Shown here: in pieces, positions 24,671 to 35,190 of the stretch
Layout of the letters: each line of letters begins with the position of its first letter
Position numbering within the stretch: the first letter of the stretch is position 1
Source: Lama glama
Taxonomy: Eukaryota
DNA length: 64,000 bases
Direction: 5' to 3'
Assembly (NCBI GenBank): GCA_028534125.1
Contig: CM052816.1
Span: forward strand, 44,022,001-44,086,000
Position numbers and translations under genes: made by a program
The notes under the pieces: model-generated
What the model saw: only the letters and a program-made list of their open reading frames with translations
Told to the model about the DNA's origin: nothing
The model's database searches: none

Positions 24671-25679
24671 TAAAGAATATGAGTGAAATATTCACATGTG
24701 TTTGTGGAACTCCCTTATTACTGATGAAAAAGATAAAATTTCACCATTTGTAATAACTTAAAGCCTTAAATAATAGATTGAACATGGGCATATTTCTAAA
24801 GTAAGAAGTGGAGATATTGGGAAATAGCAATGTGTTTCTTTGACATGAAAAATTCTTTTAACTTTTACTTGAAAGATATTGAAAAAAAGGAAAAACCACA
24901 CAATGTTATAGTTGTGTAATGCTATTATAATTCTTGGTTACTATGCTATGGCTTCTTATAGAGTTTGAAATACGCATTTTTTAAAAAATATTGAAGCTGA
25001 CTTAAAATGATTTTTTATAACATAAGAATATGAAGCAGTAAATTAGTAGTTTTCATTGGATTTCATAGCCTGTACTGGATTAATTTACTTTGTATTAAAA
25101 TAGTTTTCTTATAGATTTTGTCAATATTTAATTTTTTATTATTTAAAATACCTTTTAAGCTATACTGTCATTCCAGTTCAAAAGATGAGATTGAACAGAA
25201 TCTGTTCCACTTTACACACATGACTTGGAGAATGGTCTAACGAACTTACACAAGTGTTGAAATTTTCAACTGTAAATGGTGATATCATTATAAATATTCC
25301 TTTGATTATGCAATTTTCAATAGATATTTGTTGAATATTTTTTGTTAGTTTTCTTGGTTTATAATTAAGGATGGCCTTAATTTAAAAGTCTCCCCACCCC
25401 TTTATAGGTATAACTTCTTGCAAAGTTATTTATATGTAATCACATATCATGGGGGAATATTATATATGTAATTTCATATAATAATATCATATACACATTC
25501 ATTTATCTTATACTGAAGGATATAAAAATTTCTGAATTATAAAAATTACCTTTAAAAATCAAACTCAAAACCAAGTATACAAACTCCAGAAATATCACAG
25601 AAATTTTATTCTGCCATTCTTACATTACTCAGGTGCTGCTGTTTTCCTGTGCTTGATTATTTAAAATATCAAGGAGGGG

Positions 25680-26115
25680 AAAATCCGTCCAAAATGCTTA
25701 TACTGACTTTCGGTTGTTACTGCAGAATAGTTCTCTCCAGGAACTTTGTTTTAGCGTGTAAAAAGCGAAAATTCACAAAACATTTCTACAAAATTATTGA
25801 ATCCTGGGCATGAGGTTGGTTTTCGTCAGTGGCAGGCTTGTGGTCGGGTTGTATCAAGAGTCCAGCTTGCCGGAGGGCTGGGGGAGGCTGCGCATGAGAT
25901 AGCAAAAAAGAGATCTGAATGAGTAAAAGTAAACATCCAGAAGAAAGGAGCAGTTGAAAGGGGCTTTGTGAACAGGGGTGTTGCAGGAGAGAAGAGTGAG
26001 TGGGGGGGCTCCCCACTCTTTGTTTCCCTTCACAGCGGTGCCTCCAAGGGACCTGCATTGTGCAATGAATGAACCGACCATCTCTCAAACAGGCTAATCG
26101 TCCCCTTAGTAAGCA
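25680..26115. promoter_or_regulatory. Candidate enhancer/CNE
   Basis: GC- and CpG-enriched island (11 CpGs in about 430 bp) with FOX GTAAACA and SOX CATTGT/CTTTGT motifs. Confidence 0.45.
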
Positions 26116-27174
26116 CATTTAAATGAAGCCTAAATATTTAGAGTTATTTGGGGCTCTTTTTTCTTTAATTAATGGCTACCTACCTACCATTCCTTGATTT
26201 TCTGTAAGTTCTTTCTCCCTAATAATTTTTACAAGATACGTTCTGAAGCCCATGGCCAAAAGCTATGCTTGGGACTTGATGCTATTTAATTAGTTCGAAA
26301 GGAAATGGTTTATTTTAAAAGATTTATATACTATGTTAAGAACCTATGCATCAAGTGAGATGCCAACTCAAACACAATTTATCCCTTTTTTCAAGTTTTA
26401 ATTTCTAGGCAGAATTTGTTTTTGACTACAATTTTACTTTATTTGCTCTTCTGTGGGGAAAAGATACCCATGTTTGAAGAGATATCTTTCAGAATCTACA
26501 TGTCACGAGAGAAGGAAGTTGACCAAAGACAGTTTGGGAATAAAAAAGGGAAATACAGTTTTTTCCCCCTTATGAAATATCAAGGTATTTGTGTTTTATA
26601 ATCCTGAAGATTCTCCTGGTAGGAGTCTTGATGAGAAATAAAACTTGAACGTCCATGAGGGACTCAACTACAATTTCCAAGTGTCATTTAAATTCCATTA
26701 TTACCTTTTTCAATATCGTGACTGGTGATTAGCCTCTTAGGGAAACACCATTAATAAAATGACTTAATTTAATTACTGAAAATCCCAAGTAAAGAACATA
26801 CGTGTACTTTATCATTATTTTTATTACCCATGTACATATATGTATATATCTAGCCAGTAGCTTATTTGCATAAGGCCTTATTTAAAGGGTATATTTTTCT
26901 TCTAAGATAGCAAGTGATAAAACTAAAAATTTTTAATTATTAACTTTAAAAGCAGATACTTATTTCTGACTCAAAACACCTTCACCCATTATGGATACAG
27001 CAAAACTTTAAAGGTGCAGGTATACTTACCTTTTTGGTAATTAAATTCTTTTTATCTTTGAAAACATTTGTCTTTGACTTTAAAATATAAATGCCAAAAC
27101 ATAAATAATCTTATATTTGAAAAAATGTGATAACATAAATAAATATTTTAATTATAAGTACTAATAACTTTATC

Positions 27175-27290
27175 AGTACTTAACCTGCATTCTGGTTACA
27201 CAGCTGTGTTCAGATTGTGGAAATTAACTAGGCTGACATTTACTATTTATTCTTTTTCAGTATGTGTATTTTATTTCAGTAATTATCCTA
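27175..27290 (+). mobile_element. Old L1 (L1ME-like) 3' end
   Basis: ggttacacagctgtgttcagattgtggaaattaactaggctgacatttac...ttttcagtatgtgtattttatttcagtaa. Confidence 0.6.
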
Positions 27291-27370
27291 TTTAAAATTG
27301 AAAATAATTCTCAGAATCATAGGACCCTGGAAGTTATCTTAGATATTGTTTAATATAGATTTATCTCTGA

Positions 27371-27843
27371 TTATTATTTTTATTTTTTGTTTTATATTAT
27401 TTTTATTTTTTCTGTTTTTTTCCCCTTTTATATATGTATATATATTTTATTGAAGTATAGTCAGTTTACAATATTGTGTCAATTTCTGGTATACAGTATA
27501 ATGCCTTAGTCATATATGAACATACATACAGTCATTTTCATATTCTTTTTCACCATAAGTTACTACAAAATATTGAATATGATTTCCTGTGCTATACAGT
27601 ATAAACTTGTTGTTTATCTATTATATATATATTAGTATCTGCAAATCTCGAACTCCCAATTTTGCCCTTCCCACCTCTTTTCCCCCCTGGTAACCATACA
27701 TTTGTTTTCTATGTCTGTGAGTCTGTTTCTGTTTTGTAGATGAATTCATTAGTGTCCTCTTTTTTTCTTTTTTTTAGATTCCGCGTATGAGTGATATCAC
27801 GTGGTATTTGTCTTTCTCTTTCTGGCTCACTTCACTTAGGATG
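27371..27843 (-). mobile_element. Young L1 3' UTR (same camelid-type family as 4997-5147) with degenerate T-rich tail
   Basis: ttttattgaagtatagtcagtttacaatattgtgtcaatttctgg (reverse complement of the 5085-5135 end)...tctgtgagtctgtttctgttttgta...tggctcacttcacttag; T-rich tail 27371-27445. Confidence 0.88.
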
Positions 27844-27845
27844 AA

Positions 27846-27975
27846 AAAAGTAGTCATCTAGCCAGGCTCCATCTGAATTCCTGATTCACAAAAGCATAAG
27901 TATAATAAAGTAGCTGTTATTTTAGGCCAATAAATTATAAGATAATTTGCTAGCCAGTATTACATACCTGGAACA
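27846..27975 (+). mobile_element. MLT1 (MaLR) LTR 3' fragment
   Basis: ctgaattcctgattcacaaaagcataagtataataaag...gttattttaggcca...taatttgcta...acctggaaca matches the MLT1 3' terminus. Confidence 0.7.
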
Positions 27976-28084
27976 AACTAGAATGAACATGTTCAAAATT
28001 ATCTTACAGAGGCTGACAGTACTTGACTTTATAGATATCTCTAACTATAGTCTCATTTCTCTCCTTCCTTCAATTGTTGAAAGA

Positions 28085-28570
28085 ATGAATAAAAAATGAA
28101 ATCAGGGATAAAGCTTTAACATTTAATAAACATACACAATAAATATAATAAATTGTGATAAACACTATGAAGTAACTTTAGAAAGTGTTAGGAAAACAAA
28201 TACTAGAGAATCTGCTCCTCATTAGTTACTCCGGGAAAATTTCTCTTCAGAAGTGAGATGAACGATGGGAAGGAGCAGGCAGGAGAAAATTAAAAGAATA
28301 AACTTTCTAGAAAGAAAGAGCAGCTGAGTGACAAGTCCATAAAATAGGAAAGAGCCTGGGATACTCTAGAAATGGAAGGAAAAAGAAATAACCACGACAG
28401 CTGATCATAAGAAGCAAATAGAAAAATAGCTCAAAATAATTTTGGAGCTGTGGTTCAAGATTCATATAACAGAGGAAACTTCCTTTTATAGAGTTTAGAT
28501 TTAATCCCAAGTTCAATGGGAAGCTATGCAAATTCTTTATAGGTACTACCTGGTAATATTTCTATTCACA
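28085..28570 (-). mobile_element. LINE-2 fragment
   Basis: aattgtgataaacactatgaag...ttctcttcagaagtgag...ttctagaaagaaagagcagc...gagtttagatttaatcccaagttcaatgggaagcta. Confidence 0.7.
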
Positions 28571-28884
28571 TTGTAAAATACTTATCAGACTTAAACATAT
28601 TTAGAATACCAATATAGCATTGAATTTTTTCACATTTTTTCTTTGTAGAAATTAATTGTGAATTCTTCTCAAACTCAAAGCATGTTCTCAGCAGAAAGAA
28701 TAATGCCACTTCTTCCTACAATTTGTCCCCAAATGGTAAGTCCTACGCAGCCTCTGGAAACTACACTGGCACAAGGACTTGAGTGGAGGAGGAAAAAGGG
28801 CTCACGGGGAATATAGAGTTGAGATTCCATCTGTTCCAAGATTTGGGGAAAAAGTACATTTCCAATGGCCATAGTAAGGGCTGA

Positions 28885-28990
28885 AGCAGTTCTTACTGCA
28901 ATTGTGAAGCTTAAGTAAAATAATACATATATTTGACTTACAATGTGATGCAGCCCGTAGTGACGTTTTAATAAGTGTTAGTTATTGTTA
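28885..28990 (+). mobile_element. MIR 3' fragment
   Basis: ttgtgaagcttaagtaaaataatacat...gtagtgacgttttaataagtgttagttatt. Confidence 0.55.
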
Positions 28991-29299
28991 TATTTAAGAT
29001 GTAAAATTACATCAAGGAAATGGTTCTCCTGATAGGATGTAATGGATGTTTGCGAGGTGAGGATTCACAAGTCAAGTGTTCAGTAGTACCCATTGTCAGT
29101 AGTACCCATGTATTTAGAGAGGCTGGTTTTTCTATTAGAGGTTGTGTGTAATATTCAGGCTGTCACTGAATAGAGCCATTATTTAGAGAGCAAGCTAATG
29201 AACTAATTTTATAAATAAGCCCAGACAAAAATTGTATTGCTTAGAAAGGAAGTTTTTCTGCTTTCTCACAAATTTCTCACCCCACAGTAAGACCATTTA

Positions 29300-29670
29300 G
29301 GATCACTTCACATAAATGTGGATAGTTAATATAGTCCATTATGGCCAAAGAGGCATTGACTCTCCTTCCTGCTTTTTCTTTCCCGCCTAAACGTGCCACA
29401 GATATAAGACTGTAGCCAGTTCTTCCCCCAAGCCACTCTTCTTTCTCTGTCTCCTTCCCCACGTACATCTAGAGTTGGAGGACTTCCAGAGGGAAAGTAG
29501 AGATATGAGATGGAGGGAGCCTGGTTCCCTAAGTTACCACGTGAGAGCTCTCCAGCCAGACACTGGCTTTGCACTGTTACACAATCAGGAAAGAGAAAGC
29601 CTGTCCATTCAGCCATTCATTGAGATGTTTGGATTATTTGTTTCAGCTACTGGAGTAACTTGATTAATAT
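29300..29670 (+). mobile_element. MLT1 (J/K/L-like) LTR
   Basis: gagatggagggagcctggttccct...cagcca...tgagatgtttggattatttgtttcagc...acttgattaatata, a typical MLT1 3' half. Confidence 0.7.
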
Positions 29671-29739
29671 AACCACAGATACTCCAGACACCCCAGGAAA
29701 TGCCATTCTCTTAAGAGATGAGCTTATTATTTTAAAAAA

Positions 29740-29985
29740 AATTGCTTAAAATGACCATCTCTCCCTCCAAAGAAGTTCTCCTCTTTTCTTGTCTATTTCT
29801 TTTAATAGTTCCACCATTTTCCCAATCTCTCAGGCTCAAAATCATGGTGTTATCATTGGCTCCGTCTTGCTCCTCATGTATAATTTGTTGCCATCTTCAG
29901 TAAAGTTTGAATTCTCAATGATTCTTGCATCTAGCCCTTCTTCAGCTAATATAGCAGTTTAGACTTTAAGCCTCTTTCTTTGATC
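29740..29985 (+). mobile_element. LINE-2 fragment
   Basis: caccattttcccaatctctcaggctcaaaatcatggtgttatcattggctcc. Confidence 0.65.
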
Positions 29986-29989
29986 ATTA

Positions 29990-31060
29990 TTTAAGCAATT
30001 CAGGTACTGTTTATTTGATCATTGATATGTGCCCAACATTGTGCTAGGGAATTTATCAGAGTCCAGCCAGGAGACAAAAACCACACAGTAATATGAGTAG
30101 GGAAAATTTCAATATGAAGAGTTAACTAGCAAAAAAGGACAAAAAAGGACTCTAAGGCTAAAGAAAAAGCAGATGCAGAAAGAAAATACTGTATCTAGGG
30201 CCAAGGGAGGGTGCATAGAAGAAAGAACTTAGAAGAATTTCCCAAATGCAGAGATTCAGACCTTATGAGAGAAAGCATGACTGCCCAGAAGCACACATCC
30301 TGCTGGTGCTTAAGAAATCTGTAGATGTGAAAAGTAGACCCAGTTGACCCCTAAGAATGATCCACATGAGAACTGAGAAACCTGTTCAAGGGTGGCGTGG
30401 ATTGTATTTCTTCCTTAGAAGTGTCCCCTTGAGTGACTGAGAAACCTGCTGGAGGGCACAGTCAGTCCAGAGCTAGTCCCAACCAAAGGTTTGTCAAGTG
30501 GCCAAAAAAACTGCAAGGTATGAGTGAGCTGGTCTGTAAGAAAGGTGTGATTCTTACACTAACCTTCAGTGCCCTCTCTTAACACAGCCTCACATCACGT
30601 CAGCTGGCAAAGGAGAAATGTTTGTAGGGTCCAGCTATAGTATTACCAAGCTGGGCAAAGAAGGATAGACTTGGAGTTGAGATGCATTACTAAGATGACT
30701 GGTACAGAGAATCAGATTAACAACAAAGTCCCCATATTCCTTTAACTCAGAAAGTACTTGTACTATGGTAGAAAGTAAATATAACAGATTTGGATACGTG
30801 CTATGATAGGGATATATTAAATGTTCCTAGGAATATAGAGAAAGTCATTTAATCCATCCTAGAGAAACGACAGAATGATCACAGAAGAGCTGATGCTTTG
30901 GCTGAATTTCAAAGAATTAGTAGGCATTAGCTAGCTGGGGCTTGTGTGAAAAAGAGAAAACTTTTCAGATAGAGGAAACAGCAAGGGCAAAAGCTAAGAG
31001 TGAGCTAGAGCATTGCTCACATGATGAATTATACATTATATAATTTGTGAACTATGGCAA
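29990..31060 (-). mobile_element. LINE-2 3' region interrupted by an ERVL LTR
   Basis: tatttgatcattgatatgtgcccaacattgtgctaggga (29990-30050) continues as gagaatcagattaacaacaaagtcc...ttcagatagaggaaacagcaagggcaaaag (30706-31060). Confidence 0.7.
30052..30705 (-). mobile_element. ERVL solo LTR (LTR41/LTR40-like)
   Basis: Reverse complement begins tgtaccagtcatc...ctcaactccaag...agctggaccctacaaacatttctcctttgccagctg and ends actgtgtggtttttgtctcctggctggactctgata, matching LTR41-type termini. Confidence 0.8.
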
Positions 31061-31289
31061 AATCTCTTTTTTAGGTAAGCATGGGCTAACTCACTAATTT
31101 GACTTTTTGTTTTCTAACTGTTATTCTGAGATGCTTGAATTTTATCCCGAGGACACTGGATAGTAACTGAAGGATTAGAAAGTGTTGGCGGGGCGGGGGA
31201 GTGTGTGTGTCAAGATCAGAATCACAATACTGAAATTCTACTGCCAAGGTGAACTTGATGTAAATTCTACAAGAATTAATACCTCTAAT

Positions 31290-31380
31290 CATTGGGAGGC
31301 CCAAATATCTATAATAGTACCTAGGTATAGCAAAGGCTCAAAAAATGCTTGCTGAATAAATGAATGAATGAATGAGTGAT
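31290..31380 (+). mobile_element. LINE-2 3' terminus with (TGAA)n tail
   Basis: agtacctaggtatagcaaaggctcaaaaaatgcttgctgaataaatgaatgaatgaatgag. Confidence 0.75.
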
Positions 31381-31439
31381 AGTTCATTTTAAAGATGATA
31401 ACGAATTTGACTTGAGTGAGAAGTGATTGAGTATTCAAT

Positions 31440-31830
31440 TGCAGAAGTTTAGGACCAGGTGAATTTAAATCTTCAGCTCAAGAGAGTGTTCTGCAAAGAA
31501 ATTTCGTTTTGGGAATTGCCAAGACACAGGCAACATTTGAACTCTTGAGTCTAGATAAAATTATTTAAAAAGAGTGTAATGGAATGCTATGAAAAGAGGA
31601 GATGGCAGAACTTAGGAAACATCAAAAATTAAGGCAGAAGTAGAGAAAAAGAAGTCGGAAATAAGATTGAAAAATAACTAAACATTTTGGGCAAGATCTT
31701 GAGAGAGAGAGAGAGAGAGAGTTTAAAGAAAAGGAGAAGAAAGAGGGAACATCAAGGAAGCAGCAGCAGTCAGTAGTTTCAAATGTAGCATAAAAGTCAA
31801 GTAAGATTAAAAAAAAAAGTAATGTTAGCA
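31440..31830 (-). mobile_element. LINE-2 RT fragment containing a (GA)10 tract
   Basis: ORF 31622-31831 FLILLDFYATFETTDCCCFLDVPSF parallels L2 RT VLILLDLSAAFDTVDHSLLLETL; (GA)n at 31701-31721. Confidence 0.75.
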
Positions 31831-31879
31831 TATTTTTATCTGGCTTTTTCTCCCTAAGCCTATAATGTAGCTTACAGGT

Positions 31880-32190
31880 TGCTCTCTGTTCAGCCTTACT
31901 AAAATCAAGCTATCATTGTTTAACTCCCTCTTTAAAAGCTTTCACTGATTCTTCATTGCCCTCAAATCAATTTTAAAAGCAATCGACTAGGCTCAACCCT
32001 CAGGACATGTGTGATCTCTACTTTGAACTCCATTTCATTTCACTGGGTCTTATCACATTCAGCATTTTTATTAATATTTGTGTACTTTTCTTATCACATC
32101 TATAATGCCTCTCAACTGGACTGTTTTAAGTTTTCTGAGAACAGAAACTGTCTCACTCTTTGTGTTTCTGCATGTTTAGCATGAAGCTTA
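31880..32190 (+). mobile_element. LINE-2 3' region
   Basis: ttaactccctctttaaaagctttcactgattcttcattgccctc...actggactgttttaagttttctgagaacagaaactgtctc. Confidence 0.65.
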
Positions 32191-32254
32191 ATGTTTTAAA
32201 AATAAAACACCATATTCTGAAAATTAAACTAGATTTGCCTTCCTGATTATATTA

Positions 32255-32415
32255 ATTAACACTAAAGCTAATAAGTTAGGTATGATATTACCATTTTGCC
32301 TGCTCAGTTGACTTAAAATTTCTTTCCAAATTACTATCATGTAGAAAACTGGAATTTCAAACTAAGACTATATGCCTGATGAGACTGTGAAATGCTTTTT
32401 TCCACACTGTACTGC
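32255..32415 (-). mobile_element. MIR SINE (degraded)
   Basis: aggtatgatattaccatttt...ttccaaatt...agaaaactggaatttcaaactaag...tgctttttccacactgtactgc. Confidence 0.55.
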
Positions 32416-32559
32416 ATTGTAGATGGAAGGATACTAACAAATATTTAGTTAAACTGCTTTGAATTGATAACAACCTTGGAAATGGTTTCCAGTTGCATGC
32501 TCTTTGCTTTGTCTTACTGCCTATTATTTCAGTTTTACGATTTGGATAATAACAGAGAA

Positions 32560-32690
32560 AGCAGGGGTAGGGAATACAGAGATCACAAGTTGTAGATGAC
32601 AGAATTAGGATTTTGAATGATTCTGACAGGTTGAAATGATGGGTTCAAGTAAATGAGTTGAAATTCAACAGAAAGAATTCTGGAGATGCA
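32560..32690 (+). mobile_element. CR1/L3 LINE RT fragment
   Basis: gatgacagaattaggattttgaatgattctgacaggttgaaatgatgggttcaagtaaatgagttgaaattcaacag translates DDRIRILNDSDRLK*WVQVNELKFN (CR1 RT motif). Confidence 0.75.
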
Positions 32691-32699
32691 TTTAGTGTG

Positions 32700-32960
32700 G
32701 GGGAGGCACAGAAGGAGAAAGAGCAGTTAGGATGGTTTTGCACAGTTCAGGAGAGAAGAAATGAGGACTTGAACTCTGTTAATGGGAACGGATGTGAGTG
32801 ACATGGACCATTTAGAATCTACATACCTTGACAAGTGAATAGATGCAAGAACAAGGAAGAAGGATTCAAATAGGACTTTACATATTTGAGCCTGAATAAC
32901 CCAGAGAGGGAGAAGGAGGACCTGGATTGGGAGTGGAATGAGAGGAAGAAAGTGACCTCA
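32700..32960 (-). mobile_element. LINE-2 fragment
   Basis: gagcagttaggatgg...cagttcaggagagaagaaatgaggacttgaac...tttgagcctgaataacc. Confidence 0.7.
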
Positions 32961-33089
32961 GCTTCATTGTCCGCAGGTTATTCAAGTGGTCATAAACCAT
33001 TTTCTTTTTGAAAATTGGGACACTGTTGATTCATCTTAACTCTTTACTTTTGGCAAGGTATTGAACCTATTCATGAGTTTTAAAGCTGC

Positions 33090-33240
33090 ATAGTATTGAG
33101 CAAATTCTTTGTGTCTGCAGCAAACCAGGGTCTTTTATGTGCATCATTTTACTTAATGGCCATAACTAGCCTTGGAAGTTTATTACACCTGAGGAAACTG
33201 AAGCTGGCAACCAGAAAAAACAACTCAAGGTAACTGGAGA
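33090..33240 (-). mobile_element. MIR SINE fragment
   Basis: tattgagc...ttttatgtgcatcattttacttaat...tgaggaaactgaagct...ctcaaggt. Confidence 0.65.
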
Positions 33241-34544
33241 CATTTTTTAAGACATCCAAAGATGTTTGTGGAAATCACTAAGGCTCATATTAAATTCATT
33301 ATTAAGGCTTGTATTAAATAAAACTGATCTCTTTTTGTAACATTTCCACCTAATGTGAACCATTAGTTTTCATCTCACTGGACTTGGTGTGTGACTTTGT
33401 TTCCCATTTTGTCCCCATTTTGGCATTTACTTGTGATCGCAATGTATCTACTCCTGAAACTCTTGGCTTGGAATGAGCTCTAGCATTTTGAAATTTTGAG
33501 TCTGATCCACCTAGCTATCCTTAGCTGGCTTTATCCCATCCCTGTGTGGGAAGGAACTTGGATATTATCTAACAGATATGTCTTCTTGAAACTCTCCCAC
33601 TCACTCTGGGCTTTCTTGGATTATCATTGGAACTAGCTCTTGAAAACTGAGTGAGAGTTTCATGAGTGAATCAGAGAGAAAAGATATTCAGACAGTAGAA
33701 ACAATATGTGCAAAGCACAGTGCGGGAAAGGTACAGCATGTGGAGAACTGTCTCAATGATATTTGTTATACTCTTCTCAGTATGAAGGGTCTTCACAGTG
33801 GAGATTGAAAATGAAGACTGAAAAATGAGTAATTCTTTATTTCACTTTCATCTCCCCAAACCAAGTGGTTCTCCCTTTTTGTTCATCTTTGTATACCATG
33901 CATAGCTAAAGTAAACTTTCCTTTTCTAGTATTATCCTTGAAATTTTGTCTTATCTTTGATTTTCTCTTCTTGCTTTTGGTCATAGAGATCTATGACAGT
34001 TTTTATGTGCAAATCTTAGCTCATCAAAACAAACCTTATGGTTTCTTGAGATACTTCCTTTTTATTTCTTCATTGATTTTGCTTTTATTTTTGTTGACTG
34101 TTCTGTTCCTAAGAGTCTTCTTTGGGGAGTTGAAAAATGGAATTCTAGATACCAGATCATACTTACATTTTTTGCATATGTTTTATTTTGTAAATGCTTT
34201 CCTAAAAATCTAAGGTACATGTTTGTCTAAGACTCTCCAATAAATGATTTTTACACTTTTATGAACTCCTAGATGACATACAGTAGTTAACTGTAAGTTG
34301 TATCTTCCCAATATTTAGTTTTTCTTTATTTCCTGAGTGATAAACTCTACATATTTTACCAGGATATAGAATAAAGACTACATATCATGTTCATGGACCT
34401 AAATTACTTTAGGTATAAACGGAGATTATGTGTATATAGGAATTGTCCTAAAAGGAGGGTGACATAAACTTGTCCTTTATCGAGAATGAAATGATTGGAT
34501 CAGTAGCTGCCATGCAGAAGATGGCTACATCAGAAAAGCAGTAG

Positions 34545-35015
34545 CAGTAATAATGGCCAGCAGTATTTATAGCATTTGCTATGTACCAGGAATCATTCTT
34601 CACAATTTGCATATATACACTTCACAACAATCATTTGAGGTAGGAACCTCAGTTTCCTCATTCTAAATAACGAGGATGGATTAAGAGCAGGGATCCTGTA
34701 GTCACTTTGCCCGGGCTGGAGTTTGATGCTGCATTTTATTATCTGTATCTTCCTTAGCAGGTAAAGGGTTAAGAACAGCACCTGCACATGAGAAGCACTC
34801 ATTAAATGTTAGCTACTATTAAGTTTGAGTAGTTATTACAAATTACTATCCATAGTTCCAATTAACAATTTCCATTAAAATAATTTATAGTGAGTGATTA
34901 TAAATCTATTTACAGATGTAGAGAGCGGAGGTATAGAGAGATGAACTGACTTGCCAAAGATTAAATGACTAGAAGGCAGTGAAGTTAGATTCTGTATCCA
35001 TGCTCTTAAACTATT
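34545..35015. mobile_element. MIR cluster (minus 34545-34645, plus 34645-34820, minus 34880-35015)
   Basis: tatttatagcatttgctatgtaccagg; cctcagtttcctcattct...aagcactcattaaatgttagctactatt; tttacagatgtagag...tgacttgccaaag...tgctcttaa. Confidence 0.75.
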
Positions 35016-35029
35016 GTGTTCTGAACAGA

Positions 35030-35190
35030 GGAGTGTAGGGAGCCTGGGACCTGCGGTCATTTGTGATGTTCCTACACTAACCCTGGAGAGCTGACCTCTG
35101 GACTTTTTCAGCAAAGAATCAAATCTCAGGCACTAAACAAGTTGATTTGGGTTTTCTGTTGCATGCAGCTAAACTTAATTCTAACTGTAT
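35030..35190 (+). mobile_element. MLT1 LTR 3' fragment
   Basis: ggagcctgggacc...gacctctggacttt...tgggttttctgttgcatgcagctaaacttaattctaactg. Confidence 0.65.

Noticed and set aside
29080..29111. Short tandem duplications (tcagtagtacccat x2; also 13309-13331, 35573-35594, 38016-38035, 48372-48391, 50975-50998)
   Set aside because: Two to four adjacent copies without spacers; ordinary slippage, not a CRISPR-like or functional array.
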